This document shows positions 38,421 to 48,894 of a DNA stretch of 64,000 bases, piece by piece. Numbering within the stretch: the stretch's first letter is position 1; every line of letters begins with the position of its first letter. The DNA is from a virus. Both the position numbers and the translations under genes were made by a program. Location: the IMG/VR virus record IMGVR_UViG_3300037755_000512; one strand, written 5' to 3'. The notes under the pieces are model-generated. The model worked only from the letters and a program-made list of their open reading frames with translations. It was not told the DNA's origin and searched no databases.

Positions 38421-39773
38421 CTAGGCTGCTGCTTTGCTAAAGATACCGAATTGACGGATACCTAAAGCTTGCAGACCCATTACTGACTGATAGCCTACCT
38501 TAAGCGAGGCTTCGTCATCTGTAGGCACAGGTGCCAATTTCCCAGTCAACGTCTCCAAGTGCTTAAGATCTGTACCATCGCCGCTCATATATCTCATACA
38601 CAGGCGATCTTGCATATTGCCACTCTTGTCAGCTTTGATTTTCCCAGTAGGGATAAGATATCCTTCAGCTGCGAAATCAAAATTTGTAGCCCCAAATACC
38701 TGTGGGTTATCATAAGCCATTAGGTCTTTGATGTGGAATGTGCGTCCATAAAGTTTTACAGAATCAACACCAAGATCAAATGCTCTTTTCTTCCCGTCGC
38801 CAATTCCCCATGAATTGTAAACGATACCCACATCAACTCCGGGGAGCTGAAGTAACACATCGTTTAGGTCAGCACGAAGATCTCCTCCTGACCATAGCCA
38901 GAACTCCTTAGGAGCACCACGCTTATCAAGCGCACGGCTCATTGTACGGAAGTTAGCTTGTGTTACGGCAGCAGTCAAAGGAAGATCGACACCGCCGGAT
39001 GTATTAACAACTCCATCACCACCAAGAATGTATTTACGGATGCCCTGTGTGAAGTACACATCTTCACCAGTGTTAGGGTCGGCAATTTTAGCTTGCTTTC
39101 CAACAAGGATCTGGTGAGCGATATCGGCACGGTGCTTTTGAAGTGTATCGTGCTGAAGTTTATACATAACGTAAGGCTTGCCACCGTATGTTACCTCAAT
39201 CTTAGAAACCTTCTGCAAGTCAGTGATTTTAGCAGCTGTCTTGAAGATTTGAACAGAGTTCTGAGAACGAGTGAACCTTGGACGACGACCTTCAGGATCA
39301 TTAGAACCTTCTGGGCTGGCGTTAGAGTAGAAGATAACAGTTTCCCCTACCTCTGTCGGTGTTGCAGCAGGAGAAAGTGCATCTGCCGCAGTAGCCCCAA
39401 GAGGAGCTACGTCAACGACTAGCGTTGATTTATTTACCGATTGAACAAGGCCTTCGCGCTTGTTTTCGAACATGGCGATCTCGTTAACAACAGGAAGCTC
39501 ATCTTCAGTGGTTAGGGTGATACGAAGAACCTCGTTGGTTTCTCCGTTAAGTGTCACATCGATAGCTGCGATCACACCTGATTGATACAGGTATTGGTTT
39601 TCAAAATGGTCATATAACGGAACATCGGTTACCTTGAACCGGTTCGTCATCTCCATAATATCGAGGATCGTAGCGTCTTCAGACGTTACGTCCAGTACTT
39701 CTGCAAGAATGTCACGCTTATCAAGAAAGTTGATAGACGAGATATAATTCTTATTGGTTGATCCAATTAACAT
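38421..39773 (-). CDS. putative major capsid protein
   Basis: 450-aa ORF immediately after the scaffold-like gene in a portal-scaffold-capsid order; assignment by synteny only. Confidence 0.5.
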   Translation of the reverse strand: MLIGSTNKNYISSINFLDKRDILAEVLDVTSEDATILDIMEMTNRFKVTDVPLYDHFENQYLYQSGVIAAIDVTLNGETNEVLRITLTTEDELPVVNEIAMFENKREGLVQSVNKSTLVVDVAPLGATAADALSPAATPTEVGETVIFYSNASPEGSNDPEGRRPRFTRSQNSVQIFKTAAKITDLQKVSKIEVTYGGKPYVMYKLQHDTLQKHRADIAHQILVGKQAKIADPNTGEDVYFTQGIRKYILGGDGVVNTSGGVDLPLTAAVTQANFRTMSRALDKRGAPKEFWLWSGGDLRADLNDVLLQLPGVDVGIVYNSWGIGDGKKRAFDLGVDSVKLYGRTFHIKDLMAYDNPQVFGATNFDFAAEGYLIPTGKIKADKSGNMQDRLCMRYMSGDGTDLKHLETLTGKLAPVPTDDEASLKVGYQSVMGLQALGIRQFGIFSKAAA

Positions 39774-39798
39774 TTAAGTTTTCTTAGTTTAAAATGGT

Positions 39799-40974
39799 TT
39801 AACTTTTCTTTTGCTGCTTAGCGGCTTGTAAGAATCCATCCCTCCAATCTCCAGAACCAACGGCTGGTAACTTGGTTTTGTCATCAAGATTTCCATCTGT
39901 GTTTCTTTTCTCCTTCAGCGTCTTTTCTACCGCCAGCGTTTTCCCGAACTCCACCAATTGCTTTTCATAAGCCGCAGGATTTTTTGCGAAAGCGTAAACC
40001 TTTGCTTGTTTTGAGTGATCAACAACCCCTTTGTCGTTGATGAACAATTTCCAGAACTGCCTGTCATCAACCATCATCTCGATTATTGAGTCAGGGTTCT
40101 CCACTTCGTAACCAAACTTGGTTCCGTCTTCTTTTTCTACAGCAACCTCCAGCAGTTTGCTTTCACGGAACTTGGCCAAGTCCACGTTTTCACCTAATTG
40201 CTTCTTCCAAGTTTCCTGTTGAACCTTGGGGTCTGCCGCAGATTCTGCGGCCTTACGCTTTACTTCCGGAATAACGAACTTTGCCTGCTGTTCCTTGAAG
40301 TTGGTTCTGGCCTTTGTAGCATCTCGCTTTAAAAGCGCCTGACCAATCTTGTGGGCTTGCGACTCGGTATCTATTTCCTCCGGAGAGGCGTTCAGGTCAA
40401 TTTTGTATTTGTTCTGAAGCTCATCCTGAAACAACATATCTCTTGTTGCTTGGTCGAGATCAGAGTTCTCTTTGTCGAATTGCTTACTAAGCACAGATAA
40501 ATCATCCTGCTTATCCCAATCAATTGCCTTGGCCTCTAAATATGCCGTGGCGTCCCCTGTAGCTTCGTAGTGATCCAAGAATCCCTTGAGGAATTCGTTT
40601 GAATCAATTTTTGCAACCCTCTCGGCTAATTGATCTCTCTCTTGTAGAAGAGAGTTGACTGATCTGCTTTCGCCATTCACTTCCACCTCATACTCATCCA
40701 GATTTAATTCTGCTGGAGGTGTTGGCTCTGGGATTGGATCAGGTTCCGGATCAACGGGTTCAGGCGCTGGTTCCGGATCAACGGGTTCAGGCGCTGGTTC
40801 TGGATCAACCGGGTCCGGATCAGGAGTCGGGTCAGTTGGAACCGGCTCAGGTTCAGGATTCGGATCTACCGGATCAGGCGTTGGATCAGCTGGATCTGTC
40901 GGCGTTGGATCAGGAGTTGGTTCAGTTGGTTCGCCATTACTCTTTGCGAGTAGAGCGTCGATATCAATTGCCAT
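39799..40974 (-). CDS. scaffolding-like protein with Pro/Glu/Asp-rich tandem repeats
   Basis: N-terminal PEPEPVPTDPTPDPDPVDPEPAPEPVDPEPAPEPVDP... (DNA tandem repeats 40733-40925) followed by a coiled-coil-rich region; sits between the portal and capsid genes. Confidence 0.5.
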   Translation of the reverse strand: MAIDIDALLAKSNGEPTEPTPDPTPTDPADPTPDPVDPNPEPEPVPTDPTPDPDPVDPEPAPEPVDPEPAPEPVDPEPDPIPEPTPPAELNLDEYEVEVNGESRSVNSLLQERDQLAERVAKIDSNEFLKGFLDHYEATGDATAYLEAKAIDWDKQDDLSVLSKQFDKENSDLDQATRDMLFQDELQNKYKIDLNASPEEIDTESQAHKIGQALLKRDATKARTNFKEQQAKFVIPEVKRKAAESAADPKVQQETWKKQLGENVDLAKFRESKLLEVAVEKEDGTKFGYEVENPDSIIEMMVDDRQFWKLFINDKGVVDHSKQAKVYAFAKNPAAYEKQLVEFGKTLAVEKTLKEKRNTDGNLDDKTKLPAVGSGDWRDGFLQAAKQQKKS

Positions 40975-41037
40975 AAATATTTTTTGGGTTTGCTTTCAAT
41001 GAATAGTGATGGCAAAGCTACGACCATAAAGTGAATA

Positions 41038-43332
41038 TTACACAATTTTGGGCGCGTTTGCTTTTTCCTTAGATTTAATCAATGCAGTTTCTCTGGTAGC
41101 ATCAGCAGCAGTTTGCGCTACCGTTTTCTTTGCCTCGTTCTGCTCAGAAGATACTCCACCCTTCAGTTCCCATTCGCGTTCTAACAGAACCAATTTCCAT
41201 TGATTCTCCTTATCCACAAGAGTGCCTTTAACCATAGCCTCAAGCTCAAACGTTTTCCTTTTCTCTTCTTCTGCTGCCCGAGCGGCTATGGCAGATGCTT
41301 CGGCATTACCCATTTTGTCTGCCTGAGCAAGGGCCGCTTGTTTTTCTTGGTTCTTCTGAATTCTGAACGCAAGCAGCAGCTCCGCTTGCTTTAAGTTCCG
41401 GACACGCTTAATCGCTATCGAGTCTGCAATTGTTATTTGTCCTGACTGAATAGCAAGGTTGATCATATTTTGTAAATTAATCTTCTCTTCGCTGTCAGCG
41501 TCATACTCAATTGCAATTCCATAAATTCTATGCAGCGGACCTTCATCTTGCTTAAGACTCTTGATATTTGATGGAGCAACTATGTTTCTGTAAACAGAGT
41601 TCTTTTTGAAGGTCATCGAATCATGCACTCTTACCGCTATCTCGTCTGCCAGAACTTCAATCAAGTATCTCTCCGCCATTAACAGGTGGTGGAGCGCGTT
41701 AGATGTTGCTTCTTGGGCCAGTCCAGCCACCCCATTTAGAAGTTTGGGGTCTGGCGTAGATCCATCGGTAACCTCATTCATACCTATAAGTCCAGCCATG
41801 TAAGACATGAACTTGTCTATTACAGCAAAGTACTCTGCGGCCTCAGTCCCAAGACCGTTCTTCAATTCCTCAATAGGCCTGTAGTTTGATGCTGTACCAT
41901 CTGGTGCCAGCTTTCTATACACCAGCACACCGGTCTGTGTAAACATGTCAAGAATAGACAGGGGCGACATGGCGGCGGATTCATCCCCACCCTCACCTAG
42001 TGATATATCCTCAAGGGCTCCGATTTCAATCAGAATACCTTTAGGTCTCGCTTTCGCTATTACGTTTTGAAGTTTGTACCACGCCAGAACAACCTGATCA
42101 ACAATTGGCATCATTTGCTCAATCATTGGGTTGGTCTCCATAGCGTTTAGCTCAGGAGCTACAGCCAAGTAACTTAGCCTTGTGTCCCAGATGTGAGAAT
42201 CTTTCCTGTAGACATCAGACTTCAGGCCATAGTTGAACATTATGTCAGTGTCAATGATCCATTTATGCCTATACACAACAATATCGGTATCCGAATAATA
42301 CTCTCGATCAGATTTCCTTGATGGTCCCTCCACTCCTCCTATGACCGGATTACCCCTTTTGTCCCACCTCTTTTCGTACCAGTATTTATTGCATGACAAG
42401 AACTCGCCGTCATACACGGGTATCTTTACACTGTCGTAGGCGAAAGACCCAATAGCGCCAACAGAATAACTGTTCTTATTTCCATGATTCCCTATGTGCT
42501 TTTGGGCAATACTCTCAAGCTGATCCTCACTCACATCAACACCACTCGCCTTGCACTCTCTCCTTATTTCATCAATAGTCATTAACACCGCTTCGCCTGC
42601 ATACCAGATGTCTTTGAAGTATGGATCGAGGGTAGGGGAGACAATAAAATTATTTGGATTAACAACCCTAAACCCAACCTTGCCAGTCTCAAGGTCAGTG
42701 AAGGCCTTGAAGATAGCCACCCCAGAATCAAACAGCCTATCACGTATAACCGTCAAGGCCTCTTTTATTCTGCCGTCAGTAAATACAGCGTCCACCTTTT
42801 TCTCAATGTCAATGGCCATGTTGTGCTTGTAACCAAACTCCATTTTGATAGCCAGCTCTTCTTCTTCTATTGGTTGGTCAAACTCTCCACTCGATAACAC
42901 ATCAACCGGCAGCCCTAGCTCGGTGAGCATATCACGAACTTTGATGTTTGCCTGCTCTGTTGCCTCATAGTCCAATTTGTCCTCAAGCGCATAGTTGTCA
43001 ATGGCTTGAGCGTTAATTACAAAATCGATCTTTGAGTGTTTGTTATTGATGATTCTCTTGAACCTTGGAATGATTGCCGGTGGAGACAAATCCAGATTAA
43101 CAAAAGATGTGTTCGTATCGTCAGATACCTCAAACATTGGTTTGTATATGTCGTTAGGCTGTTTCCCAAGAGAATAAAGCCTGTTGAGATTGTACCTATC
43201 GGCACCCTTGTTGAAGCTTTTTATCGACTGATTGTCGAATTCCTCCCAGATAGCCTTGATCATCTGGAGCATCCACTTCTCACCCTTTTCTTTTGGGTTG
43301 ACGTAATGATTTGGAAAGGTGTAATTTGCCAT
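41038..43332 (-). CDS. putative portal protein
   Basis: 764-aa ORF directly downstream of the large terminase gene with overlapping stop/start; assignment by size and synteny. Confidence 0.5.
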   Translation of the reverse strand: MANYTFPNHYVNPKEKGEKWMLQMIKAIWEEFDNQSIKSFNKGADRYNLNRLYSLGKQPNDIYKPMFEVSDDTNTSFVNLDLSPPAIIPRFKRIINNKHSKIDFVINAQAIDNYALEDKLDYEATEQANIKVRDMLTELGLPVDVLSSGEFDQPIEEEELAIKMEFGYKHNMAIDIEKKVDAVFTDGRIKEALTVIRDRLFDSGVAIFKAFTDLETGKVGFRVVNPNNFIVSPTLDPYFKDIWYAGEAVLMTIDEIRRECKASGVDVSEDQLESIAQKHIGNHGNKNSYSVGAIGSFAYDSVKIPVYDGEFLSCNKYWYEKRWDKRGNPVIGGVEGPSRKSDREYYSDTDIVVYRHKWIIDTDIMFNYGLKSDVYRKDSHIWDTRLSYLAVAPELNAMETNPMIEQMMPIVDQVVLAWYKLQNVIAKARPKGILIEIGALEDISLGEGGDESAAMSPLSILDMFTQTGVLVYRKLAPDGTASNYRPIEELKNGLGTEAAEYFAVIDKFMSYMAGLIGMNEVTDGSTPDPKLLNGVAGLAQEATSNALHHLLMAERYLIEVLADEIAVRVHDSMTFKKNSVYRNIVAPSNIKSLKQDEGPLHRIYGIAIEYDADSEEKINLQNMINLAIQSGQITIADSIAIKRVRNLKQAELLLAFRIQKNQEKQAALAQADKMGNAEASAIAARAAEEEKRKTFELEAMVKGTLVDKENQWKLVLLEREWELKGGVSSEQNEAKKTVAQTAADATRETALIKSKEKANAPKIV

Positions 43333-45358
43333 TCTTTTTTAGTTTATATCTTCTTTGAAACTTGTTGGGGTTAATTCTTCCCCTGCTTTGTAGTGTTTGA
43401 TGACGGCGCTTAATTCTTTTGGCCGCAATCAAAGCGTACCCCGACGCCATGCCTAGGTCAAACTTTTCAGTGTCATCAAGCTTAAAATCCTTCCAATCTC
43501 TCAATAGTTCTGGATGGTTTACCCTGTGGCAATGCTCGTCTATAAATAATTCCGTATGCTCTACAATTGATTGGTGAGACTTGGTTGACGCAGAAATGCC
43601 CTCGTTTCCTTTTTCATCAACCATGATAAACGCCGCATAACCCCTGTCATGGAAATACGCTCTGATCCCCTGCTTCTGATCTTCAAACAGCATCTGACAT
43701 CCGAAATAATGGCAGAGCTTAATCATGTCCTCGTAAAATATCGCCGCAGTTTGTGGTCGGTTTGCGTAGATAGCCACAAAGTTATCTGAGTCACCCTGAT
43801 CGAACGGATCAAACTTTCTGTATACCGCCGCAGCCCCTTTAGAAAATCTCCCTGTCTTAGTCCTGTTGTGATCGTATGGGTCAATTCCAATTACGAAATG
43901 AAGTATGTTCTTTGGGATCACATTAGTTCCTCGGATATGTACATTGTTTGCCTTATCCGGATCCTCGAATATCCAGCTAAACTGGAATCTTCCCTTCGAT
44001 GTTTTTACCAGCTTTACTTTTGTTTTTTCTTCATCCTCCCATAACAGATCGTATCTGGTTTCGTAATCTTTCTTCCAATTCAACAAGTCAAGACGGTCAT
44101 CTATTTTGATCGCGTTGTATAAACAGTTGTCGCCATCAGTTCTGAAGGCTTCCTGCCATGTAGTCGGGTTTTTGCGGATGAAAGAAGCGAGTGCCCTCGG
44201 ATCATCTATAAGATCCAGTCTCCTCTTCATTAAGTGTTCCAGTCCTCTCTTGCTATCAGGAATCCCGTACTTATCAAGGTAGATCATATCCTGAGCCGGA
44301 GTAAAGAATCTGTACAGTCCAGATTTAGTCCTGCTGTCAGACTGTCTCTTGCTTTGATCTGAGTCTTTCCATAATTGCTCGTAAGACTCAAGGTATCCTT
44401 CCATATCTTCTACGGTGGAAGTATAAATAGCCTTACCTAAAATTGTCCATCCATCTGAGTCTTCGAAACACGGCTTAACCTGATAGTGCCTCTTCAAAAC
44501 GTCAAGATCTATTGTCTTGAACACCTCGTCACACATGTATCTGGTTAGTTTCTCTCCGTCATAAGCCTCAGGTTTTGAGTTTCTATAATTGATCAACGAC
44601 TCTAATTCTGAATCGACATCGTACTGGTTTGAATCTAACTCTCCCCTCTTAGAAGATTTATAGAATCTTAATTCCCTCTTCGGCACATCGCCCTGAGACC
44701 TGTCGTATTGTGGTTTGAAAAAGTCTGGCAGTTTTCTGAAGGGCTGAACACACGCCTTTCCAAACACACTCTTTGCGTCCGCCTCGACCTTTGACTGGAT
44801 GCCGGACCACGAGTTAGGAACCCTTGTGGCATGTTCAGTAATGAAGCATCCTGCCCAAAAAGTTTTTCCAATCCGACGTTTAGTTATCTCAATTAGCCCA
44901 TAAGCATCAGGATCATTAACCACATAATCAGTTATGTAGGCTTTTTTTAAGTCTGGAAGACGAAACTTCGGCAGCCCAATATCTATCCGCCAGTGCGTGA
45001 GGTAGTAATAGTACAACCCTGTCAAATAAGTCATCTTTCCATTGTTCAGGAACCAAGCCCCGAACTTGCGACGATGCCATTCTCTGGCTCTGTACTTTTG
45101 AAGATCAGTGTCAACGTAGTTGGCATCAAGTCTCTTCATCTCCTTCTCCCTTGACATTCTACGGGAGTAATCCTTTGACGGGGTGGGTGGCTCCCAGAAT
45201 TGCTCGGTCTTAATTGTAGACCGAACTATTACATCGGTGTCGTCAAGCCTTCCTGTTTCATAATTCCACACCTTTCCTTCTGGTGGTAAATACACCCTTA
45301 TAGCAAGGTCTCCCTCGCCAACAACCATCGATGACCCTCCTTTAATTTTATTGTACAT
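43280..45358 (-). CDS. terL: terminase large subunit
   Basis: 692-aa ORF; ATPase-like ...ITKRRIGKTFWAG... and a nuclease-domain-like VIGIDPYDH acidic motif; first gene of the structural operon. Confidence 0.55.
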   Translation of the reverse strand: MYNKIKGGSSMVVGEGDLAIRVYLPPEGKVWNYETGRLDDTDVIVRSTIKTEQFWEPPTPSKDYSRRMSREKEMKRLDANYVDTDLQKYRAREWHRRKFGAWFLNNGKMTYLTGLYYYYLTHWRIDIGLPKFRLPDLKKAYITDYVVNDPDAYGLIEITKRRIGKTFWAGCFITEHATRVPNSWSGIQSKVEADAKSVFGKACVQPFRKLPDFFKPQYDRSQGDVPKRELRFYKSSKRGELDSNQYDVDSELESLINYRNSKPEAYDGEKLTRYMCDEVFKTIDLDVLKRHYQVKPCFEDSDGWTILGKAIYTSTVEDMEGYLESYEQLWKDSDQSKRQSDSRTKSGLYRFFTPAQDMIYLDKYGIPDSKRGLEHLMKRRLDLIDDPRALASFIRKNPTTWQEAFRTDGDNCLYNAIKIDDRLDLLNWKKDYETRYDLLWEDEEKTKVKLVKTSKGRFQFSWIFEDPDKANNVHIRGTNVIPKNILHFVIGIDPYDHNRTKTGRFSKGAAAVYRKFDPFDQGDSDNFVAIYANRPQTAAIFYEDMIKLCHYFGCQMLFEDQKQGIRAYFHDRGYAAFIMVDEKGNEGISASTKSHQSIVEHTELFIDEHCHRVNHPELLRDWKDFKLDDTEKFDLGMASGYALIAAKRIKRRHQTLQSRGRINPNKFQRRYKLKKNGKLHLSKSLRQPKRKG

Positions 45359-45982
45359 TTAACGTTTTGCTTGACCTTCTGGTGAGTAATCGATATTCAA
45401 GTGCTCTGCGACTTCACCTGATCCAAATAGCATTTGGTAGTATTTATCAATCCTCTCCGAGGTGTTGCTTGACTCCTCCATGAGTTTTGATTTGATCGCC
45501 ACTGCCGTGAGGCGATCTCTGTCAGTTGTAGCCAAAACCTCGGTAAGCAACACCTTTTGGAACTCGTAAAAGGTTTGTTCATTTGACACAATCATGCTCC
45601 ACACCCTAGAGTTCTGATCTTTCAAGAACTCTATCACCATTGCAGCAAACTCGGGGTCTGTGAAGTTGAAGATGCCGGTAAGTATATCTTTATCTTTTTC
45701 AAGATCATACCCAGCGTATGCCGCACATTCCTTTTTACGCAGATCAACATCCTGAAAAACCTTTGTGAATGGGGATTTCTTGTCGTACATAATCACAACA
45801 AACTTTATCAGCTTATCAAGATCAGCACGAAGTGGCGTTGTGAATGACTCGAACTTGTTTAGTTCGGGCAGACTCTCAAGCAACGGTTTGGTTTTTGGGG
45901 CGGCAAACACATTATACTTGAGGGATAAAAGACTGTCTGGATTAAATATAGAGTACTCCATGTAAATGCAAAAGTACCCCAA
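45359..45982 (-). CDS. hypothetical protein upstream of terL (small-terminase position)
   Basis: 207-aa ORF abutting the terL start. Confidence 0.4.
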   Translation of the reverse strand: MGYFCIYMEYSIFNPDSLLSLKYNVFAAPKTKPLLESLPELNKFESFTTPLRADLDKLIKFVVIMYDKKSPFTKVFQDVDLRKKECAAYAGYDLEKDKDILTGIFNFTDPEFAAMVIEFLKDQNSRVWSMIVSNEQTFYEFQKVLLTEVLATTDRDRLTAVAIKSKLMEESSNTSERIDKYYQMLFGSGEVAEHLNIDYSPEGQAKR

Positions 45983-46146
45983 CTTATTTGAAAATGTAGA
46001 AATTACGCAATAAGTGCTATATTTACATATTCAAAACAAACACAAATCATGGCAAACTACAGAAAAGCAAAATTGAAAGACAAAGAAAAAAAACAGGCGC
46101 CCTCAAAAAAGAAAGCGCCTGTTGCGAAGCGGGTTGGTGGTAAGTA

Positions 46147-46395
46147 CTAAACTCTGTTCTGGCCCTCGACATTTCTGGCAACCCTGTCAAGGGTTCTTTT
46201 GTTGAGCCACATTAGGGCCTCCTCAAGTTTTGTTATGGCTAAAGAATTTTCACGACAAGAAAATTTTTTATTCAGGTAATTCAGTCTGTCTATCAATATA
46301 GCAATAAATGCCAAAGAGCAATACCAATGAGCTTCTTTGATAAGCATTACGGAAAGGCTGTCTTTAATCCAGACTAAAGACAGGATCAACATCAA
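46147..46395 (-). CDS. hypothetical protein
   Basis: 82-aa ORF. Confidence 0.3.
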   Translation of the reverse strand: MMLILSLVWIKDSLSVMLIKEAHWYCSLAFIAILIDRLNYLNKKFSCRENSLAITKLEEALMWLNKRTLDRVARNVEGQNRV

Positions 46396-47006
46396 AAGCC
46401 TGTGCTACTTTGATTTCTAAAGTATTGGCTAATTGACTAATAACTTCTCTGTCAGTTGATTCATTGAGACTCTGGGCTAATGCAATAATCTCTTTTGCTA
46501 TTGGTGTTGTAATATCTGGCAATGGGTATCGCTCAACATATTGGGTGAAATATCTTCTCCGACCAGAATAAAGCTTATTGTTGAAGACTAAGTCATGATA
46601 TTTTGTCATAAGCTTTGAATTAGCAATGCCTTGAATCAGTAAGAGTCTTTCAACTTCTTCTTCGTTTTGCGCGACAATCCAGTAGCAATTTCCATTTACT
46701 ATCTTTCCTCCCTTTATCAAAATAAAATCTTGGAGCTAGGCTAATGTCAGGAAATACAAGCTTGGGCAGTGACCAAAATTCCGGTCTATGGGGTACCCAT
46801 ATTTCAAACCATTGCCTTCCAGCTTCAATGACATATTTCCGTGATTTCAACTGCGCTTCATGAAGCAGGAAGTAATTCTTAGCCTTTGGAAACTTCTCAA
46901 TATCAATTGTAAACTTTGTTCCGTTCTTTCCATAGTGTGGATAAAGAACCTTAAGGCTTAGATTTTCAGTTGCGCTCCACGCCTCAATATTTTCCTGAGA
47001 AATCAA
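46364..47006 (-). pseudogene. frameshifted fragment of a DNA-methyltransferase target-recognition (TaqI_C / Eco57I-type) domain
   Basis: Two overlapping ORFs in different frames (46650-47006 and 46364-46720) together encode ...GRQWFEIWVPHRPEFW..KLVFPDIS..PRFYFDKG.. / ..CYWIVAQNEEE..LLLIQGIANSKL..YSGRRRYFTQYVERYPLPD; no methyltransferase catalytic domain upstream. Confidence 0.4.
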
Positions 47007-47085
47007 TTCCTTTAATAACTCTTCTTCAGGTTTCTTATCCCCTAAAGCCTCCCATTTATCACCTATAAAAACTTTGTCAGCCTAG

Positions 47086-47271
47086 TTATAAGTTTATGTT
47101 TGTTAATTCCCACCCCTGAGCGATCAGATAATTGACCATCTCCTCGGTAAGACGACAGTCGTCATCACCGTTTATCTCGTACTGGAGCTGTTCCCACAGC
47201 TCTTCCTGAGTCGCCTCTATTGATTCCTCTTCCATGTTCTGCTGATTTTTTTGATTGTTACATTCATCCAT
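47086..47271 (-). CDS. small acidic hypothetical protein
   Basis: 61-aa ORF. Confidence 0.3.
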   Translation of the reverse strand: MDECNNQKNQQNMEEESIEATQEELWEQLQYEINGDDDCRLTEEMVNYLIAQGWELTNINL

Positions 47272-47702
47272 TTACCGGTGTTTCGAGAGGACTGATGAAA
47301 TAATAAATCACCTCTGTTTCGGTACCTTCTGTTCATGGTGTCATGCACTATCCAATAACCATCTATCTCAGGGTCATTAGCAGTAATTAGCACCGTGTCC
47401 CCATAGACAAATGTTTTGCTACGAATGATATCTTGAGACAAAGCCATCCACCTGATTTCACCAGACTTAAGCCTTGCTAGGTTTATCCTTGCTCCAGAAG
47501 CAGTTATCAACGGCGCGTCATCTGTTTGACTCGGGACAGGGTTGTATACAGTCAGCACGTCCAGCACAATCCTCTCCGGTGTGGCCTCCCTAGAAGAAAA
47601 GCTGATCATTATGAATAGAAATAGCAATATTCTCATGAGCTTGGTTTTAAGTGAAACTTTCTTCATCTTCTTACAAAATCTTTTCTCTCTTTCTATTGTC
47701 AT
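47217..47702 (-). CDS. secreted 3D-domain (MltA-like) peptidoglycan hydrolase
   Basis: N-terminal signal/TM (MKKVSLKTKLMRILLFLFIMISF), then DDAPLITASGARI...GDTVLITANDPEIDGYWIVHDTMNRRYRNRGDLLF with the three conserved Asp of the 3D domain. Confidence 0.5.
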   Translation of the reverse strand: MTIEREKRFCKKMKKVSLKTKLMRILLFLFIMISFSSREATPERIVLDVLTVYNPVPSQTDDAPLITASGARINLARLKSGEIRWMALSQDIIRSKTFVYGDTVLITANDPEIDGYWIVHDTMNRRYRNRGDLLFHQSSRNTGKWMNVTIKKISRTWKRNQ

Positions 47703-48646
47703 ACTAACTCCTTAAGATCTTTGATTCGTTTATACCCAACATCATATCTTTGGTTATGAGCAGCATCCATCAGGTATGTACACACACCACCTTTGTTTAA
47801 TTCGACAAACGTCTCAAACCTGTCGTCAACAAAAATTTCTATTCCGGATGACTTGGCGATATCAAGCTTTGAGTTATTGTGGCCTACGGTATACACGGGC
47901 GCTTTTGGAAAACCATAAATATCCAACCACTCCATAGTTACCTCACTCGGAACGGTTCGGCTGGTTATGTAGCAATGCGGTTCGAAAGGGAGTCCGAGAG
48001 GGTTGACTTTGACCGGAATACTCATCCAAAAATAAATATCATTGGCAACCTCAGAGAACCTCTTGGATAAAAGAGGATCGTTCCAGTAAACAGGACGTGT
48101 TTTGATTTCTGGAAACCTGAGCATCATAGCGCCAATAAAGTCGGCAAGCACTTCATCGACATCCAGTCCGATCTTGCGGCGTTGCAGATATAAATGATTT
48201 CGGTTGTCAAACTCAGGATGGGTTTTTTCAAACTCCATTAACGCCAGCAGACCCCATCCAGCATTTGCCAAGTGTTTTGTTTTTAAGTCAGGATCAAGAT
48301 CTTCTCCGTTTTTCCATGCGGTAATATGGCGCTCAACACTCTCCATGCACTCAAGCCACCCCTGACCCTTGCGCCAGTTGTCTGCGCCAGACTCAATGAC
48401 GGTCAGCCTTTTTTTTGCGACATCATTGATCGGTATATCCTTACCCAGCACTCTGTTTCCTTCCTCGTCCCCGTACACAGTATATTTATGTGCCCCCTCA
48501 GTATAAACATCAACTATTGACTTGATCGGAGACGTTGGAACTAAACCATACCTTGGTTTTCCTGCGTTGTATCTTTTTGCCTGTTCTGCCATAATATTTA
48601 TTCCAAGACTGACATTACCGTATTGAGAACTTTTGGGTCTAACCAT
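47699..48646 (-). CDS. fusion protein: N-terminal nucleotide pyrophosphohydrolase-like region + C-terminal HAD-superfamily 5'-deoxynucleotidase
   Basis: HAD motif I IGLDVDEVLADF (DxDxV) and motif IV FVDDR in the C-terminal half; N-terminal ~130 aa helical (MazG-like?) region. Confidence 0.5.
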   Translation of the reverse strand: MVRPKSSQYGNVSLGINIMAEQAKRYNAGKPRYGLVPTSPIKSIVDVYTEGAHKYTVYGDEEGNRVLGKDIPINDVAKKRLTVIESGADNWRKGQGWLECMESVERHITAWKNGEDLDPDLKTKHLANAGWGLLALMEFEKTHPEFDNRNHLYLQRRKIGLDVDEVLADFIGAMMLRFPEIKTRPVYWNDPLLSKRFSEVANDIYFWMSIPVKVNPLGLPFEPHCYITSRTVPSEVTMEWLDIYGFPKAPVYTVGHNNSKLDIAKSSGIEIFVDDRFETFVELNKGGVCTYLMDAAHNQRYDVGYKRIKDLKELV

Positions 48647-48894
48647 TTGTGGAGATAAGACCTAACCCCAAGTTTTCCTCCCCGAAGAAATGCAAGCTGT
48701 AGTTTCCGTTTATGATCTTGACGTATGATCACCGGCACCTCCATTTCGTACATCCTGTTTGGAATTATCTTTTCGTCATTGATCTCTTTCTGGCCTGATA
48801 AGAGGAGGTCTGATCCGGATATTAACTCAGTGGTCTTTTTTACGTCCTGCTTAAGCTTCGGGTAGACTATCTCAATGAATTCATCTATCGTCAT
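48598..48894 (-). CDS. hypothetical protein
   Basis: 98-aa ORF. Confidence 0.4.
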   Translation of the reverse strand: MTIDEFIEIVYPKLKQDVKKTTELISGSDLLLSGQKEINDEKIIPNRMYEMEVPVIIRQDHKRKLQLAFLRGGKLGVRSYLHKWLDPKVLNTVMSVLE

